Shown: positions 26,515 through 39,891 of the stretch, one piece after another
Layout: each line of letters starts with the position of its first letter
Position numbering within the stretch: position 1 is the first letter of the stretch
Assembly: GCA_051294375.1 (NCBI GenBank)
Contig: JBJCIZ010000275.1
Coordinates: forward strand, 1-64,000
Length of the DNA: 64,000 nucleotides
Source of the DNA: Paraspadella gotoi
Taxonomy: Eukaryota > Animalia > Chaetognatha
Reading direction: 5' to 3'
Notes under the pieces: generated by a model
What the model was told of the DNA's origin: nothing
The model's input: the letters and a program-made list of their open reading frames with translations, nothing else
Database searches by the model: none
Translations under genes and position numbers: made by a program

Positions 26515-27630
26515 AGAGGCGAAGGGATGACGATCGGTAGAGATGCAAGGCAATAGGATGGCGGATCGGCGGAAGAATGAGAGGGCGAAGTGACGACGAT
26601 CGGCAGAGGCAGGTGAGAGGCGAAGGGATGCACGCATCGCAGAGTATGAGAGGCGAAGGATGACGATCGGACAGGAATAAGAGGCGAAAACAAGTGCACG
26701 ACGAATCGGCCAGAGGAATGAGATAGGCAAAGCGACGACGATCGGGCAGAGGAATGAGAGGCCCAAAGGGATGACGATCGGCGGAGGGAATGAGAGTTCG
26801 ATGTAGTGACGACGATCGGCAGCAGCAGTGAGAAGGCGACAGGTCGATGACGGATCAGCAGGAGGTATGAGAGGCGAAGGCGCATGACATCGTCAAAACA
26901 GGAATAAGGTGAGCGCGAAATAGTGACGACGATCGGCAGAAGGAGATGAGAGGCGAAGCGACGACGATCGGCAGAGGAATGAGAGCAAAGGGATGACGAT
27001 CGGGCGGAGGAATGAGCAAGGCGATCTAGTGACGACGATCGGCAGCGAGCAGTGAGAGGGCTGAAGGGATGTACGATCGGGGCAGAGGAGATGAGAGAAA
27101 TCGATAGAACGAGGAGTGACGATCGCGTAGAGGAGGATGAGAGGGCGAAAGCGATGACAATCGTGCCAGAGGAATGAATTGAGGAGTGAAAAGTAGTAGC
27201 GGACGACGATCGCGCCAGGAGATATGAGGAGAAGACGAGAGGGATGACGACGGGGCAGAAGAAGGGAGAATGAATAAGGTTGATATGTGAACGACGAAGT
27301 ATCAGCAGAGGATAGATGATGAGAGGTTATAGTGGTATGGTGCAAATAACGTAGCGACTCAGGGAGGGCAGTAAAGGAGGATGAGAATGGCCTAAGAAGA
27401 GGATCGACGATCAAGCCCAGGCATGTGGATGAGGGCGAGAGTTAGGATGAACGATTCGGCAGAGTATAATGAGAGGCGATTATAGTGACGACGATCTTTT
27501 CGCAGGCAGTGAGAGGCGTAAGAGGATGACGATCGTGGTAAGAGGATATGATAGCAGACCGAGGAGGGATAATGAACTATCCAGGCAGAGGGAATGGGCA
27601 GAGGGCGAAGTAGACAAAGCGGAAAGAGAC
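26515..27630 (+). repeat. ~33-bp minisatellite array
   Basis: Consensus about GACGACGATCGGCAGAGGAATGAGAGGCGAAG(T/C/G), roughly 30 noisy units. Confidence 0.85.
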
Positions 27631-28949
27631 GATCTGATGGTGACGAAATATGTGTCGGTGTTAAAGCTGGGTCGTCTTTTCAATCTCGCTGCGCCGGATA
27701 AAGGGAATGGTTGTATTGAAGGATGAATAGAAAAAGATAGCTGAGAATACTGATTGGAGAAAAAGGGATTTAAAAAATGTAACAAGTGCAATAGATGAGA
27801 ATGATGATTTTTATAGTCTAAATGAGAGGAAGAGAGTGGATGAGAGAGAGAGGAGAGCGCAGCTCAGAGATCTAGAGAGAGGAGAACATGTCTCCATAGG
27901 ATTCCATATAGTCTAAAACTTAATAGATCACGGCTAAAGAGAAAGTTTGCGTTTGATGCCCAATACTGCAAACCGATTTGTTCCTGGGTCTCTTTAAAGA
28001 TGCATGGGGGAACGATGCGAGTTTAGTGATACTGTACTGTAGTGATTAGTGATAAAGTCTTGCTATATGACGAGTAGGGTGCATGTCATCCAATTGTACG
28101 CGCTAAATAGACATGCAAATAAATGTTTGCTGCTGGACACTCATTCTCTCTTCGATCTTTGATACTTCGTCCAAGTCAGAGAATTTTCTTCTAATCTTTC
28201 TCTTTTTACTTTCTTGATTTTTCTTTGCGCTTTTCGTTTGACGCTCGTCGCCGGGCTATAAAGGTGACCCGCCTTCTCGGAGAAAAGTGACCCGATTCCC
28301 TCTGGGGTAAACGGTGACCCGGGCTTCTCTGAGCACATGTGCGACCTATGGCAAGGGGCGACAAAATTTGTGCAGTGAGAAATACTAACTCGTCGACGGA
28401 AGGAAACCTGACTTTTATATTTAATGTGTCGAGCCGGAGAGAAAATTTTAAGTCTTTTAGGGCCTTCTTATAATATAAATATAAAGCTGAAAGGGTATAG
28501 AGTAACATTTATGTACGTATAAGCCCAAAACAGCAATTGTTTCACTGGGTGGCCAAATGAGAAAAATATAGTTCACTGCCCTTAAGAAAAGGTATATAAC
28601 AAATCTATAAAACGCGGAATTCTCACAGAGAAGAAAACAAGAACCTTCAATACAAAAAGCGAAACCCGCGAGGCCGACCGTGGCGTTGCGTCTTGTCTAC
28701 GAAATAAGCTCCTGTGCTGCTTCCTACTCAGAACCGAAAATTAACTTACCCCCCTACCGCCCCCCTTCTTCATGCGGGCCCCGAGGCAAAGCTGACCCAC
28801 TTTTCTTGGACAAAGATGACCTGGGTGCCTTTTAGAATAAAGCTCCTTAAAGCTACCTGTAAAGTCTTTGCTTCCCTTTCCCGATCCCGCTCGCTATAAT
28901 TGAGGATCCGCTGCCTGTGCCGGCTTCAACTGAGCTTTATTTTGCGTCC

Positions 28950-30325
28950 TTTTTCCGCGTTTCCATTGGTAATTTCCTTTTCTTTTGCTTCTCCTATATT
29001 TTGATCCTTTGTTTTTTACCCTTGAATAACTTCCGTCTTCATCTTCTGCGTTTCATCTTTTTCTCGTGTCTCTGCATCTCTCTTTCTCTCGTTCTCATCT
29101 CTCTCTCTCTCTCTTCTCCTCTCATCTTCCTCTCGGTCTTTCTCTCTCTCTCCCAATCTCTATTTCATTCTTTCCTTTCTTCGCGTGTCCCTTCCCCCAT
29201 TTCTCACTGTATTCTGTTTCTCTTTTTCCTTTTCCCCACTTTTCTTCGGGTTCCTCCTTGTTCTTTTCCTTCCCTTATCCTTTGCTCCTCTTTTTCCATA
29301 AAGTCCTTTCCCTGTCTATTTTTTACTATACTTACCTCCTTTTTCGTTTTTCCTCGCCTTCCTTTCTCTTTCCTTTTCCTATACCTCTCTTTTCTCTTTT
29401 CCTATTATTCATCCTCCTCCTTTCCGTTCCATCTCAATATATACACACAATAACAATATACAATATTTCCACCTGTGTTCCTCATTTCCTTTTCTCCATT
29501 CCTGTTGCCTCCTCCCTTTTTCTCACGCTTTCCTAATTTTTTCTCCTGTGGCGGCTGCCTTTTCTTGTGCGCTCCCTTTCCTGTCTTTTTTTTCCTCTCC
29601 CGGAGACTCGAATCCGCCCCAAAAACAAAAATTTTCGTATTGGATTTCTTCGATCATCGTCGCACTTGCGGCTTCATCTGTTCACGCCACCCTTTTCATC
29701 TCATTACTCCCCTGCGTTTCTCTCTTCTCTTCTCTCTCTCTCTCTTCTCTGCTCTCCTTCCCTCTCTCTCTCTCTCTCTCATCTCTTCTCTCTCCCTTTT
29801 CCCACTCCCTCTTCTCCCTTCATATTCTTGTGTCACTTTTTCCCTCCCCCCTTCTTGTCAGTTAGTTTCACTTATTTCAGGTCACGTTGACCAGAGACAA
29901 GTTTCCAATGGAAAGAAATGGGCGCCATAACTTAGTTAAAAAACATTTGCCCGGTCTGCGCTGAAAGGATTGAGAAAGAGCAGAGAGAGAATGAGAGAAG
30001 AGAAAGGGTGAAAAATGAGAGAAGAGAGAGGGACGAGAGAGATGTAGAATGAAATGAGAGAGGAGAAGAGAGAGATGAGCATGAGAAAAATACAGAGAGA
30101 AGAGAGAAGTAAAAAAAAAAGAAAAACTCGTAGCAGAAGAAATCTACAACCCAGAGAAGTGCAGCTGGAGGCAGGGCGCGGAAGAAAAAACGGTACGCGA
30201 ACATTGAGATGAAGGAATAGAGAGACGGTCATGAAGAGAGTAGAGGAGGAGGCTAAGGGAAACAGAAAGATTATTGAGAGTAGAGAAAAAGAAGAGAGAG
30301 AGAAGCGACAGAGGAAAGAGAAAAG
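28950..30325. repeat. Long CT-rich then GA-rich low-complexity region
   Basis: Pyrimidine tract ~28950-29860, purine tract ~29960-30325. Confidence 0.8.
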
Positions 30326-33129
30326 TTTTCCCATCCTATGTTTTTTTTTTAGGTTCCTCGAATTCCGCTGGATGCAGCGGCAAAGACTGGTTTAGACATC
30401 GACGAAGCATCGAGGTGAAAAAAAAATAAAACAATAGAGTCAGAGGGAAAGTCAGTGGAAAACGACATACAGTGCAATACCGGGCACGACCTCATCTAAA
30501 AAAGAGATGGGTGGTTCAGATAGAGATGAGTGGAGGAAGGGGGCAAGGATTGGGTATAACCGAGGGTGGTCGGTGGGCTATAGTGATTGAAAAATTAATT
30601 ATAATAACACAAAGCAAAATATCCATCCTAGTTTTATAGAGCAGCGCCTTAATAGGAAAATAGAACATCAAAGATGCGCTCGAAAACGCCTATTTAACAA
30701 CGTACAACTTTAATTAAATACTCGTGAAGCGATTCGTCGTGCAACAAGATCAACCCTTGCTGGTTTAAGATAGAACCCCTTTTGGCTGCCCTTTGGAACC
30801 CTCGTCATAAAAATAAGTCGCTTTATTCAATTCAATAATTATATAACTCTTGAAAGGTCAATAACAACTTTTCCACAACGATTACAAATATAATTCAACA
30901 ACAATAATAAACGGACGAAATACCTGAAGCTTAGCGTTTAACGAAAAATGATAAACAAGTATAGTTGATAACGAATATTTTGGAGAGATAAAAAGAGAAA
31001 TTAAAAGCAGATAAAAACGCCGATTTAGTCTGCTTGAAATTCGAATGAGAGAAACTTGACCAATTATAAGGAGGAAGGAACTAGGCCAGCCCGCGCCGCC
31101 GAACGACCCGATCTTCACGACGTAGCTTAGGTTAGAAGGGCATTCTTTGGTGACCTGAGGTTTATCTTGCTATTGACCGGCAGGGTCAACCCGGGCAGTC
31201 GTAAGTATTTACTATATACAATATCCTATCCACATATTGGTCACCTCCCTCCGCCAATTAATCTGATTACCAATAATTATTGACCCCCGGAGGGTAAAGG
31301 TAAATGGGGAAGTGAGAAGGGCGGCGGGGGGGCAAACCATAACACGATCCTCCTTTGAACCAAGACCGCTCATGAGAAGACAGAGCATTCGCGTCTCGTA
31401 TCATACAGACTTCAACTGAGTGTTGGGCCGAGTTGAGTCTTATATAAAAAACAAAAAAACGAGTGGCGAGTCGTATAAAAACTCTGCAAAACTGCTGTTT
31501 CTTTGTTTTTTTTGTGTTTGTTTGGTTGCTCGGCATCGGAGGATAGGGGGCGGCGGGAAGGAGCAGGGTTAGCCAGCGGTTACGGTACAATTTTACTTTC
31601 TAGGAGTGCACCCCGAGATCAATTTTCCGTTTTTCCGGAGACAATTGACGAAATGTAATATTATTTATATTTATATACAAATTATGGTTACTGACAACTT
31701 TTAAAGTCACGAGGAGATTAGTCTGTCCTCTTGATGAGATTCAAATCATCGTCTGATAATTATAAATATCCGTAAATGCTTAAAAACGCTTCAATTTTAA
31801 GAGTCACGAAGTTTCTACATAACTTGATGCCTCCTTCTTGTACGTGTTTTTCATTTCAGTGGATGGCTCCTTATGTGCTTTAAGTTTTACCTATAATTAT
31901 AACAAGGTATCCCCCGCATTATATTTTAATTCTCTTTTCATCCATGACGTAACCTTATCGAATTTAAAATGGGTGCTAAATAAAACAAATTAATATTGCT
32001 GTGACCTCGAAAGATTTTTTTTTATTAGAAGTAAAATGAACACACATGATGCACAGCATTTAATACACAAAAAATACAGACGAGTATTCAAAGTGACTAA
32101 CGACCCATATCGTGAAAACATAACGACTGGAAACACCTATATCATGACATCACTTCACAATTAAAAATTTCTTAGAATGTTAAAAAATAAAAGTAAAATG
32201 ATTACCAATAAATAGTAAAAAATACCCTGGAACTTAATTGCGCAGAAAATTGTGATTAAAATTAATTTTCCAATCCCACATTTATTTCTCATCTCGCGAG
32301 AGTCATTTATGCTTATCGAAAACATTTCAAGCATTCCGACGAGTCTACAAACCTCACAGCACCACAACGCCGCGTGCCTCTCATCAGACCCTACTCGTGT
32401 CCCCTCTTTTCCTCCTCCCCACTCTGTGTTTCCTCTCGACAAAATGTCTCCTTGTGCGCTCATTTTTCTTTCTTTTACCTCATCTTTTGCTAGCAATAAA
32501 TATCTTCCCTCCCTTCTTTTTTTTCTAATGTTCCGTACGGGTCTCTTACCTGTAGCAGCCACAGGAGGGCAAGGTCATTCCGCGCCCTCTTTCTTTTCGC
32601 GATACCCTTGCGACCACTTCGACTCTCTGGCAGTGGCCTTTCTCTAGGCCCCAACGACCATCTCGGCTTCGTACTCTTCTTTCCTGCTATCTCCGTAAGA
32701 TCTCGTTCCCTTCATCCGCTCACTCTCTCGGCGCGGTTCGCTCACTCGGAGTCGACGGACACGCGTGTTCAATCCGGTTGGGCTCCTTATTTCCTCGCAG
32801 TAATGACTCTCATCTTTTCTCCTCCTCTCTCTCTCTTCTCTAACGATTTCAAATTAAATTCATCTACTTTTTTCGTCTGTTAAGGAATCTCAAACGAGAG
32901 TTAAAGACACTCTGGAGAGGTTCTAGTTAAGTTAGGTGCTTCTTAGGAATTAGAGGTTAACAATTTAAGGGTTACGCTAGATATTAGATATGATATATAG
33001 GGAATAAAGCAGTTTAGGGTTAATATATAAAGGTCTTGTGAATTAGTGTTAAAGCATTTACTCTGCACACGAGGAGGAGATCATCCCTCGTGAAAACGCC
33101 GTCACCCGGGTTGAGAAAGAAGCTGACGG

Positions 33130-33409
33130 AGAATGCGTCCGGAAACTAATATATTGACGGAAGGAAAATCTATACTGAGACAAAAAATGAGGGTAAAAAA
33201 AGGGAGAGAAGCTAGTAGGAGATTAGAGAGGAGGGTGAACTGAATCTCGTGAACGCGGCGCGGCCGAAATTCCCTGATGAAGCCAGGCTCCAACACGAGA
33301 TGTGCGGTGAATGCCCACTCGCAGATTGGGCTCCATGGTGGCCGGAGAGGCCCTTCGCGCGCGGGATCAGCCATATGCACCCGCGTCTGTCATATCACCT
33401 TATATTACT
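33130..33409 (-). repeat. Noisy copy of the terminal repeat with the same right flank as 17420
   Basis: GAATGCG..GGAAACTAATATATTGACGGAAGG...CACCTTATAT(T)ACT followed by sequence matching 17421-17720. Confidence 0.6.
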
Positions 33410-33999
33410 GGCGCTGCTCCTCGTCGCCTCCCCGCGGTCAAAGTATTTGATGAGGCCCCATTTTCCGTATCAGAGCCTTGAATGTCGTGAGACTCAATCT
33501 GTGCTTGGTCCTAAGTGAGTAGTGAAACGTTGCTAATATCTGTGAATGTGTATCGAGGATTAAAAGACGCTGAGAATGGGTTGGGCTCTTGACGTAGGGG
33601 GACAATCATCCCATATAAAAACAAATCAAATTGCGAGAGGGCGTCACAATCTTAATAAGAAACGGTGGCCATTGGCGCATTGATAATGTTGGTCCCAGCT
33701 ATATCGCGTGTATTTAAAGTGTATGGGTTTCGCATTGTGGCTGAATCATTTGCGCCGGATAATAGTGGTTAAACGGGGAAACGAACCATTTAGAAAACCA
33801 CAGGATGATGTTGGGCGGATCGCTCCGAAAACCCCAGGCCGCGCCAAGGACACCGGACGCCGCATAGTGGTGATATCCGGATGGTGAACTCACACTTGGA
33901 TTAAGAGTTGGCAGTTCGATTTGTTAGATTAGATTACCTGGATGATTATAAGCCTAGGGCTAATTTAGCAATTCTCAACAGGTTGTCTAAGAGTTCAAC

Positions 34000-36900
34000 T
34001 TCCTAGTGTTGGATTGCTAAATAGTCACTTCTACTATTGAGACGGCATGAATTATACATGGCGATTTTCCTCCAGCATCAGGAGGTGCAGAAGTTGATTA
34101 GTTGGGAGGAGAGTCAGGAGTTTTTTTTTGTTCCCGGTGTTCTTTTACAATTCTTTTGGCGAATTCAATATTCTCATTTTCTTGTTCTAGCTCTAATATA
34201 TATATTGGACTCTTCCTTAAATGGAGCGTTCATCGCTGGAGGAAGAAGCATTTGAAACTAGGTATTATGCTTTTGTCACTGCAGTTGCTTTTAAGATTAA
34301 ATCGGTCAGGTTTGCCAATAGTCAACTGGTCCAATCAACTTGCCAATCATTCAGCTTGTCTTTTGCCATATAGAAAAACTTTAGAAGCTCCAGAGCTCCT
34401 CTTGACAACTTTGCCGCTTTACTTTCTCTTTAGTATATTTTTACATTTACACAATTAATCACATGTTGTTTCACACTGCGCCATAATAGATAAAGATATA
34501 TGTTTGTGTTGGGATTCGGAGGATGAGGGATGGGTAGGTTGGGGTATGGTGGTTGGGAGTGTGAGTAGGACTTTATTAATCTGCTTTTTCTTTCTTTTTT
34601 ACAAATTTTATTTTTATTTTCTTTTGAGTATATTTTCACTTTTTACCACAAATTAAAGCGCAACCACTAATGTTGCTTATTACTGGTTTTGTCAATTTGA
34701 CTTCTCTATACAATTTATTTTGATTACATTTGAAAAAAAATTAGTGAAACTGAACTTTATGAGAATCGCACCAAATAATTTTTCTCTTTTTTGTGGACTT
34801 TGTATTACTAAACATAATGAAGCAGAATGATAAGAGCAGGATTAAACCGCATCACTCAGCAAGTAAAAATTTTTCAAGGTGGTCTTATTGTGTCAGCACA
34901 GACAAAATGCTATAGAAACCTCTGATAATCAATCACAGTAATACAGAGACTGTCATATAAACTCTCAGTCACCACTCTTTTTAGCAACTTGCAGTGTTGA
35001 GGAGACACAAAGGGGAGAGGGCGAATTATGCACGTCATTTTGTTCCATTTGAATTTTACGATTTCGAATTGATTGTAGGCGACCCTGCGGTGTGGCAAAT
35101 GCATATATTTATTGAGACATTAACTTGTGGTCAAGCAGACAAATCAAATACGTGACTGTCACCAAATTCTTCCAATCACTTGCCTTTTCTAGCTCCAGTT
35201 TGGCCACCTTAAAATTACTTAGCCATTCATTTTTATTTAATCTACAAGAGATTATAAACATCATACATTTGAAATATTTTGTGAATAAAGCTAACATTAA
35301 CCTCCTTGCAAAAATAGCAGAACTGATTGGTGAGAAACTGCTTCATTTGATATACAAGACGATAAGTGAGTTTAACACCAAGTGAGTTTAGAACTGAGAC
35401 TGATAAAATTGCAGATTTTGACTCAAGGCTTGTTGACGGGTTGAAGGGTTTTGGGGGTTGGATGGGTTGGGAGGGGGTTTATGAGAGTTGGAAGAATTTT
35501 TATTTACATGATGGTAGTGACTAAATTACTGAAGAATCATTTTTGATTCAAGGCTCGTTGGCAGCATTGATGTAATAACATTAAAATAGCAAAGTCGTTT
35601 GTTAATAATAACAACAAGGTGGAATAGTTTTATTTGCTTTTGCTGGGGGTGAAGGGGTTGGGGGTAAGTTTGGGGGTGAGGGGGCTGGAGACATTTCCAA
35701 TTCAATTTTGAAAACTGGAAATGGATTCAGTTTTCTCCCAATTTTTTGGGCAATGACTGACTCTAGATGATGACAAATGTTTTCAGCATTAAAGACTGAC
35801 CTCGATTCACACAGTAGCTGAATGACAAAAGCAGCAGCATAATCTCTGACAGAAAAAAAAAATCTGACATAATTTTTTGTCAGTGACTGACAGCCTTTAG
35901 CAGGTTTGACCACTGACAGGTTTGTCTGAATGATGACAGGGACAGAATTCGCGGAAGACTGACAAAAGGATGATGACAGTTGCACCGACGAATGATGGAC
36001 GATCACAAACTTTTAAACTTACGAAACATCCGGCTCTCTTTTCTGTAAATCCTTTCGATCCGTCGAACAGGAAGGGAGGGGGGGAACGGGATCATCGGAC
36101 ACACTGTAGTTGACCACGGAGATTCGAGCCTCGAATCTCGGAAAAATCTTTTTTATTTAGTTTCAACAACTATATTTCATTTTTTTCGACGGCGAGACGC
36201 GATGATTAACGGGGGGAGAGCGAAACGAAGGTGACTCGACGACCGCAGAGAGAGCATCTTCGATTCGGGGGAGAGAGGATCGGCGGGGGGTAGCGGAAGG
36301 GCAGATGAGGTGGAAAGGGGAGTTCATCTTTGGGAAACGCGCGACGAAGATTTTGTTGGCATTTTTCAGTAACTAATGGTCTTTCTTAACTTCTCGGCGC
36401 CTAGGGTTCGTTAGTTTTAAGATTTCTTTTTCGGTCGAAACGAAAAAAAGAAATAAATCGACGTCAGAGGAAGGGAGAAAAGAGTCTTTTATTTCGCTTT
36501 TAGTTTCTTTGTAAAGTTCAGTTTAGTTTATGATTTTTTTTTTTCACTATTTTTTATATTCGACTTAGTTTTTTGGGGGGCAGTGTCCTTTTGGAAAAAA
36601 AATCGTCGTGCATCGCGGAGGGGGGGGGAGCATAGAGGAGTGGGTTTTCGGATTCTCTAAAGGCGATCGTAGGGGAGGAGGAGAATTCGCGAAAGTGATT
36701 TAATCGAAATGTACGTCATCCTTTACTTGAGTCGTTCATTATGATTGCGACGGCGCGATGATCGAAGATCGGCGAAACGATCGTTTTATTAAGAGAAGCA
36801 AAAAATGTGGAGGTGGGAATCGGAGGAAATGGAGGCAACGAGAGGGAGAAGGTGGCGATGAGGGGAGTGAGGGATTAAATAGACGTCAGTGGCGCCGGCG

Positions 36901-37215
36901 ATTAAAAACGGCGCCGCGAAGGACTCGAGATTTGGGATTGGAGCAGAAAATTTGTTTTGCGCTGCAGTGTAGCTGATCGAAGAACGAATTCGACTAAGTT
37001 CACTCCTTAGTCATGATTCGAGGGAGAGAAAAAAAAAACGACGCCAGATTGAATCTCGTTCAAATCGATGCGATTCGCGGTAAAATTCAATCGATCGAAG
37101 TGGGGAGGTGAGACGGAAATCAAGAGAAAAAAAATTGGAGATTTTTCGCAAAAAGTGATGCAGTTGCTGCAAAGGAAACGTAGTCTCTAATCTCGATGGA
37201 GGAAGCGATGAGGAC
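34000..37215 (-). CDS. Large hypothetical protein gene next to the terminal repeat, at least one intron (36022-35846); other copies ~19230-22440 and ~42570-44900
   Basis: Successive protein-like frames on one strand; GTAAGT...TTTTTTTTCTGTCAG joins RKDLQKREPDVS to DYAAAFVIQLLCESRSVF in frame; gene limits uncertain. Confidence 0.45.
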
Positions 37216-37533
37216 AAAAAATCGGAAGAAGAAATGCGATTAAATGTTTTTTGGTTTTTTTTTTTGGTCGGCAATGCGCAAAAAAAGTCGGGGTTGGGGA
37301 AACGAAGATGGAAAAAATAAAATTTAATCCAAATATAAAGTCGTTTTTGTTTTTTGTTTTTACTTTCAATTAAAAAAAAAATAGTAAAAAAGTTTTCACA
37401 TTTTTTTCTTTTTTTTCTTCATTTTCAGTTGTTTTTTTTTGTTTTTGTTTTCTCCGGTTTTCTAAATCAGTCGGTGGAGCACATCCTGGGGTTTTTTTGT
37501 GGTTAGATGTTCGAGCAACACAATTGGGCGTCA

Positions 37534-37778
37534 CTCTGAAAAGGTATCCTAACCGGAAGTAAAGTGACGAGAATGCGGGAAACTAATATATTGACGGAAG
37601 GAAAATTTATACTGAGACAAAAATGAGGGTAAAAAAAGGGAGAGAGACGAGTAGGAGAAAAGAGGAAGGTGAACTGAATCTCGTGAACGCGGCCCCGAAT
37701 CCCTGGGAGGAGGATGAAGAGGAGGTGAATGAGAAGGAGGGGGTAATAGACCCGCGTCTGTCTATCACCTTATATACT
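37534..37778 (-). repeat. Candidate Maverick terminal inverted repeat, cleanest copy (~245 bp; also 22749-23001 and 45244-45518)
   Basis: Same sequence as 17233-17420 but different inner and outer flanks. Confidence 0.6.
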
Positions 37779-37879
37779 GAAAACTATTTTAAAACGATGT
37801 CCCATGATTAGGGCTTTAATTTGATACCACGCCCACCTTGCTATCTCTTTTCTTTCAAAAGTTATTCAAGAAAATAACT

Positions 37880-39312
37880 TTTTAGTCGGATCTGCTTATC
37901 AGCAGATCCCGACTCTATAATTCACTTTGTCGGTCCGTCTGTCCGCCCCCTCAATATTGTCGGTCACTAACTTATATCATGTCAGAACATCGAATTATGA
38001 TAAATTATGCAAAAAAAATGATGTCCGTCCGTCTGTCCGTCCGTCCATCCGTCCGTCCCACCTTAGCAAAAAACACCAATTACTCGTGATTGGATGGATG
38101 AATGGGAATGAAATTTTGTGTGTCGGTAGGGAAATGTGTGATTGAGCTGTATATAAAGTTTCGATGGAATCGTCCGAGTGGAAATGAGTTTAAATGGAAA
38201 AAATAATAAAATATATTTCATTATTTGAACACCAATTACTCAAGAGTGGATGGGGCGNNNNNNNNNNNNNNNNNNNNNNNNNNNNNNNNNNNNNNNNNNN
38301 NNNNNNNNNNNNNNNNNNNNNNNNNNNNNNNNNNNNNNNNNNNNNNNNNNNNNNNNNNNNNNNNNNNNNNNNNNNNNNNNNNNNNNNNNNNNNNNNNNNN
38401 NNNNNNNNNNNNNNNNNNNNNNNNNNNNNNNNNNNNNNNNNNNNNNNNNNNNNNNNNNNNNNNNNNNNNNNNNNNNNNNNNNNNNNNNNNNNNNNNNNNN
38501 NNNNNNNNNNNNNNNNNNNNNNNNNNNNNNNNNNNNNNNNNNNNNNNNNNNNNNNNNNNNNNNNNNNNNNNNNNNNNNNNNNNNNNNNNNNNNNNNNNNN
38601 NNNNNNNNNNNNNNNNNNNNNNNNNNNNNNNNNNNNNNNNNNNNNNNNNNNNNNNNNNNNNNNNNNNNNNNNNNNNNNNNNNNNNNNNNNNNNNNNNNNN
38701 NNNNNNNNNNNNNNNNNNNNNNNNNNNNNNNNNNNNNNNNNNNNNNNNNNNNNNNNNNNNNNNNNNNNNNNNNNNNNNNNNNNNNNNNNNNNNNNNNNNN
38801 NNNNNNNNNNNNNNNNNNNNNNNNNNNNNNNNNNNNNNNNNNNNNNNNNNNNNNNNNNNNNNNNNNNNNNNNNNNNNNNNNNNNNNNNNNNNNNNNNNNN
38901 NNNNNNNNNNNNNNNNNNNNNNNNNNNNNNNNNNNNNNNNNNNNNNNNNNNNNNNNNNNNNNNNNNNNNNNNNNNNNNNNNNNNNNNNNNNNNNNNNNNN
39001 NNNNNNNNNNNNNNNNNNNNNNNNNNNNNNNNNNNNNNNNNNNNNNNNNNNNNNNNNAATTGACTTGAAATTTGTATTGGGTAGGAAAGATGTGGGTGTG
39101 AAGTTGAGCTGGACAAAATCAGTTTCGAGGACTTCATTTGTAGTAGAAATGAGTTTTAAATGGAAAAAAACAAAAAAAAACCTGTTTCACTACACTGATT
39201 ATGCTTCTTTTTCCTTTTATATTAAATGTAAATGAAGATGTTATTATTAAATCAATTAATATAATCAGTTATTTAATCAATTAGTCAATTAATTAATCAT
39301 ATTAATTAAATC
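37880..39312 (+). mobile_element. HINE-like element, truncated (spans an 800-N gap)
   Basis: TTTTTAGTCGGATCTGCTTATCAGCAGATCCCGAC start and (CGTC)n tract. Confidence 0.75.
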
Positions 39313-39891
39313 CTCTCTGGTTAAGGCTGACGTTTATGACCATATCTCGGAAACTATTGTTGGAATTTTAAAATGTGAATATTGACATCATCCTACAGGG
39401 ACTGGCATAAAAATNNNNNNNNNNNNNNNNNNNNNNNNNNNNNNNNNNNNNNNNNNNNNNNNNNNNNNNNNNNNNNNNNNNNNNNNNNNNNNNNNNNNNN
39501 NNNNNNNNNNNNNNNNNNNNNNNNNNNNNNNNNNNNNNNNNTATCTAATTAAAGGGTGATATAGGACAGAGGAAGGGTGATAGGCTATTAAATTTGTTAA
39601 ATGCTGATAAGGGATTAGGGATAATGGCTATTCAGGAAACACATTGCAAAGATGATGCTGATTTATGTCAGGCTGTAAGTTGGTTGTGAGTCTTCATCAG
39701 ATGTGTAAAAACACTTGATTCCGATCCTGTTGCATCTGAAGGGCTCGCATTTTTTTTCTCTTGTCAAATCATCAACATCTTGATATCAAACAAGCCAGAA
39801 CAAATAGACTGCTTCTGTAAGAACAAATTTTCCATCTTTGATTTTATATAGAATTGAGAGGGATTTTTTCCCTTAATGACAATATAAACAT

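Noticed and set aside
26515-27630. Regularly spaced ~33-bp repeats as a CRISPR array
   Set aside because: Units are contiguous with no unique spacers, no cas genes, eukaryotic context
25104-30334. Many Ser/Leu/Phe- or Lys/Arg/Glu-rich ORFs
   Set aside because: Translations of GA/CT microsatellite and low-complexity tracts
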